Shown: positions 15,205-16,453 of the stretch, piece after piece
How the letters are laid out: each line of letters begins with the position of its first letter
Position numbering within the stretch: the first letter of the stretch is position 1
From: Candidatus Hydrogenedentota bacterium
GTDB taxonomy: Bacteria > Hydrogenedentota > Hydrogenedentia > Hydrogenedentales > SLHB01
Assembly (NCBI GenBank): GCA_034408725.1
Contig: JAWXCN010000159.1
Span: 1 to 16,453, forward strand
Direction of reading: 5' to 3'
DNA length: 16,453 bases
The notes under the pieces: generated by a model
Database searches by the model: none
The model's input: only the letters and a program-made list of their open reading frames with translations
What the model was told of the DNA's origin: nothing
Made by a program: the position numbers and the translations under genes

Positions 15205-16452
15205 TTACGCCAATATCTCGCGGATTACGTGCCCATGCACGTCGGTCAATCGCCGGTCGATGCCGTTGTGAAGGTAGGAGAGTTGGGTGTGGTCGATGCC
15301 GAGTTGATGCAGCACGGTCGCATGGAGGTCGTAGCAGTAGGTGGGATTCTCGACGGCTTTGTAGGACCACTCGTCGCTGGCGCCGTATGTCGTGCCGCCT
15401 TTGAAACCGCCGCCGGCAACCCAGGAAGTGAACGTGAATGGATTGTGATCCCGACCCGCGCCGCCCTGGCTGCATGGCATGCGGCCGAACTCTGTTGTCC
15501 AGATGACGATGGTGTCGTCGAGCATGCCGCGCGCTTTCAAATCGAGCAGCAACGCTGCGGCGGGTTTGTCCATTCCTTTGGCCATGATCGCGTGATCACG
15601 CGCGAGGTCTTCGTGCGAATCCCAGTTGCGGCGCGGGTGGCCGTTGTCGGCGCCGCTCCACACCTGAACGAACCGTACGCCGCGCTCAAGCATGCGCCGC
15701 GCAACAAGACAGTTGCGCCCAAAGTCTTCGGTCTCTTTTTCGTCGAGACCATAGAGGTTTTTCGTGGCATCGGTTTCGCCGGTAAGATCCAGTACGTCTG
15801 GCGCGCTCACCTGCAGTTTCGCCGCAAGTTCATAACTCGCGATACGCGCATCCAGGCGTGAATCGCCCTCGCGCGATGCGGCATGCTCGCGGTTGAGCGC
15901 GTTCAACGCGGCAAGGCTTGCGCGATCATTTTCGGGCGTTGCGAACGAGTTTTCTGGTGGGAACAGATCGGCAATGGGATTCGGCGCGCTGGGCTTGATC
16001 ATCGTGCCCTGGAACGTCGATGGAAGGAACCCTGAGCTCCAGTTTTTCGGGCCGTTCGGCGCGTACCCGCGCGCGTCGGGCAACACTACGAAGGTCGGCA
16101 GGTTGTCATTGGCGCTGCCGAGTCCGTACGCGATCCACGCGCCCATGCCGGGAAATCCGGGCATGACAAAACCTGTCGCCTGCATGAACGTCGCGGGGCC
16201 GTGTACGTTTGATTTCGACACCATCGCGTGGAGGAAGGCCATGTCGTCGGCGCATCCGGCAAGGTGCGGCACGAGATCGCTCACCCATTTGCCGGATTGG
16301 CCGCGTTGCTTCCACGCCCAAGGCGACGGCATTACCACGCCGGGATCGCTCTGAAACAACTCGACCTTCTCGCCGGGACCGCATCTTTGCCCCGCCTTCT
16401 CGATGAGCAGGGGTTGGTAGTCAAACATATCGCATCGCCACGCCGCGCCCCA
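15205..16452 (-). CDS. DUF1501 domain protein, 5'-partial (runs off the window)
   Basis: CDMFDYQP, PGMGAWIAYGLGSANDNLPTFVVL, WSSGFLP, RIASYELA, FGRNCLVARRMLERGVRFVQ, NWDSH, LKARGMLDDTIVIWTTEFGRMP, GRDHN, DLHATVLHQLGIDH, RRLTDVHG. The frame is open to the window edge, so ATG 16428 is internal. Confidence 0.95.
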   Translation of the reverse strand, partial: WGAAWRCDMFDYQPLLIEKAGQRCGPGEKVELFQSDPGVVMPSPWAWKQRGQSGKWVSDLVPHLAGCADDMAFLHAMVSKSNVHGPATFMQATGFVMPGFPGMGAWIAYGLGSANDNLPTFVVLPDARGYAPNGPKNWSSGFLPSTFQGTMIKPSAPNPIADLFPPENSFATPENDRASLAALNALNREHAASREGDSRLDARIASYELAAKLQVSAPDVLDLTGETDATKNLYGLDEKETEDFGRNCLVARRMLERGVRFVQVWSGADNGHPRRNWDSHEDLARDHAIMAKGMDKPAAALLLDLKARGMLDDTIVIWTTEFGRMPCSQGGAGRDHNPFTFTSWVAGGGFKGGTTYGASDEWSYKAVENPTYCYDLHATVLHQLGIDHTQLSYLHNGIDRRLTDVHGHVIREILA

Positions 16453-16453
16453 C

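Noticed and set aside
15175..15861. 228-aa plus-strand ORF
   Set aside because: Antisense shadow of the DUF1501 gene, with no recognisable motifs; expected from GC codon bias.

Overview
A gene-dense, GC-rich bacterial window that reads like a metagenomic contig. The gene content suggests Planctomycetota/PVC or Hydrogenedentota-like bacteria, but that assignment is inference only. In order: an MsbA-type ABC exporter; a 1199-aa di-heme PSCyt1/DUF1549/DUF1553 protein; a small zinc-ribbon membrane protein; a secreted Asp-box (BNR) propeller protein with a C-terminal Ig-like domain; a GntP permease; an ArsR-SRPBCC operon with a clear operator; a membrane-tethered ECF sigma factor fused to a PQQ-type beta-propeller; a 5'-truncated second BNR/Ig paralog; a secreted protein made of two tandem beta-sandwich-like repeats; a roughly 28-codon relic of a third Ig-like domain; and a DUF1501 gene running off the right edge. 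I saw no rRNA, tRNA, CRISPR array or transposase. The best candidates for something undescribed are the one-piece sigma/TM/propeller sensor, the orphan tandem-repeat secreted protein, and the three-step decay series (intact, truncated, relic) of one BNR+Ig gene family. No function for these can be proven from the sequence alone.
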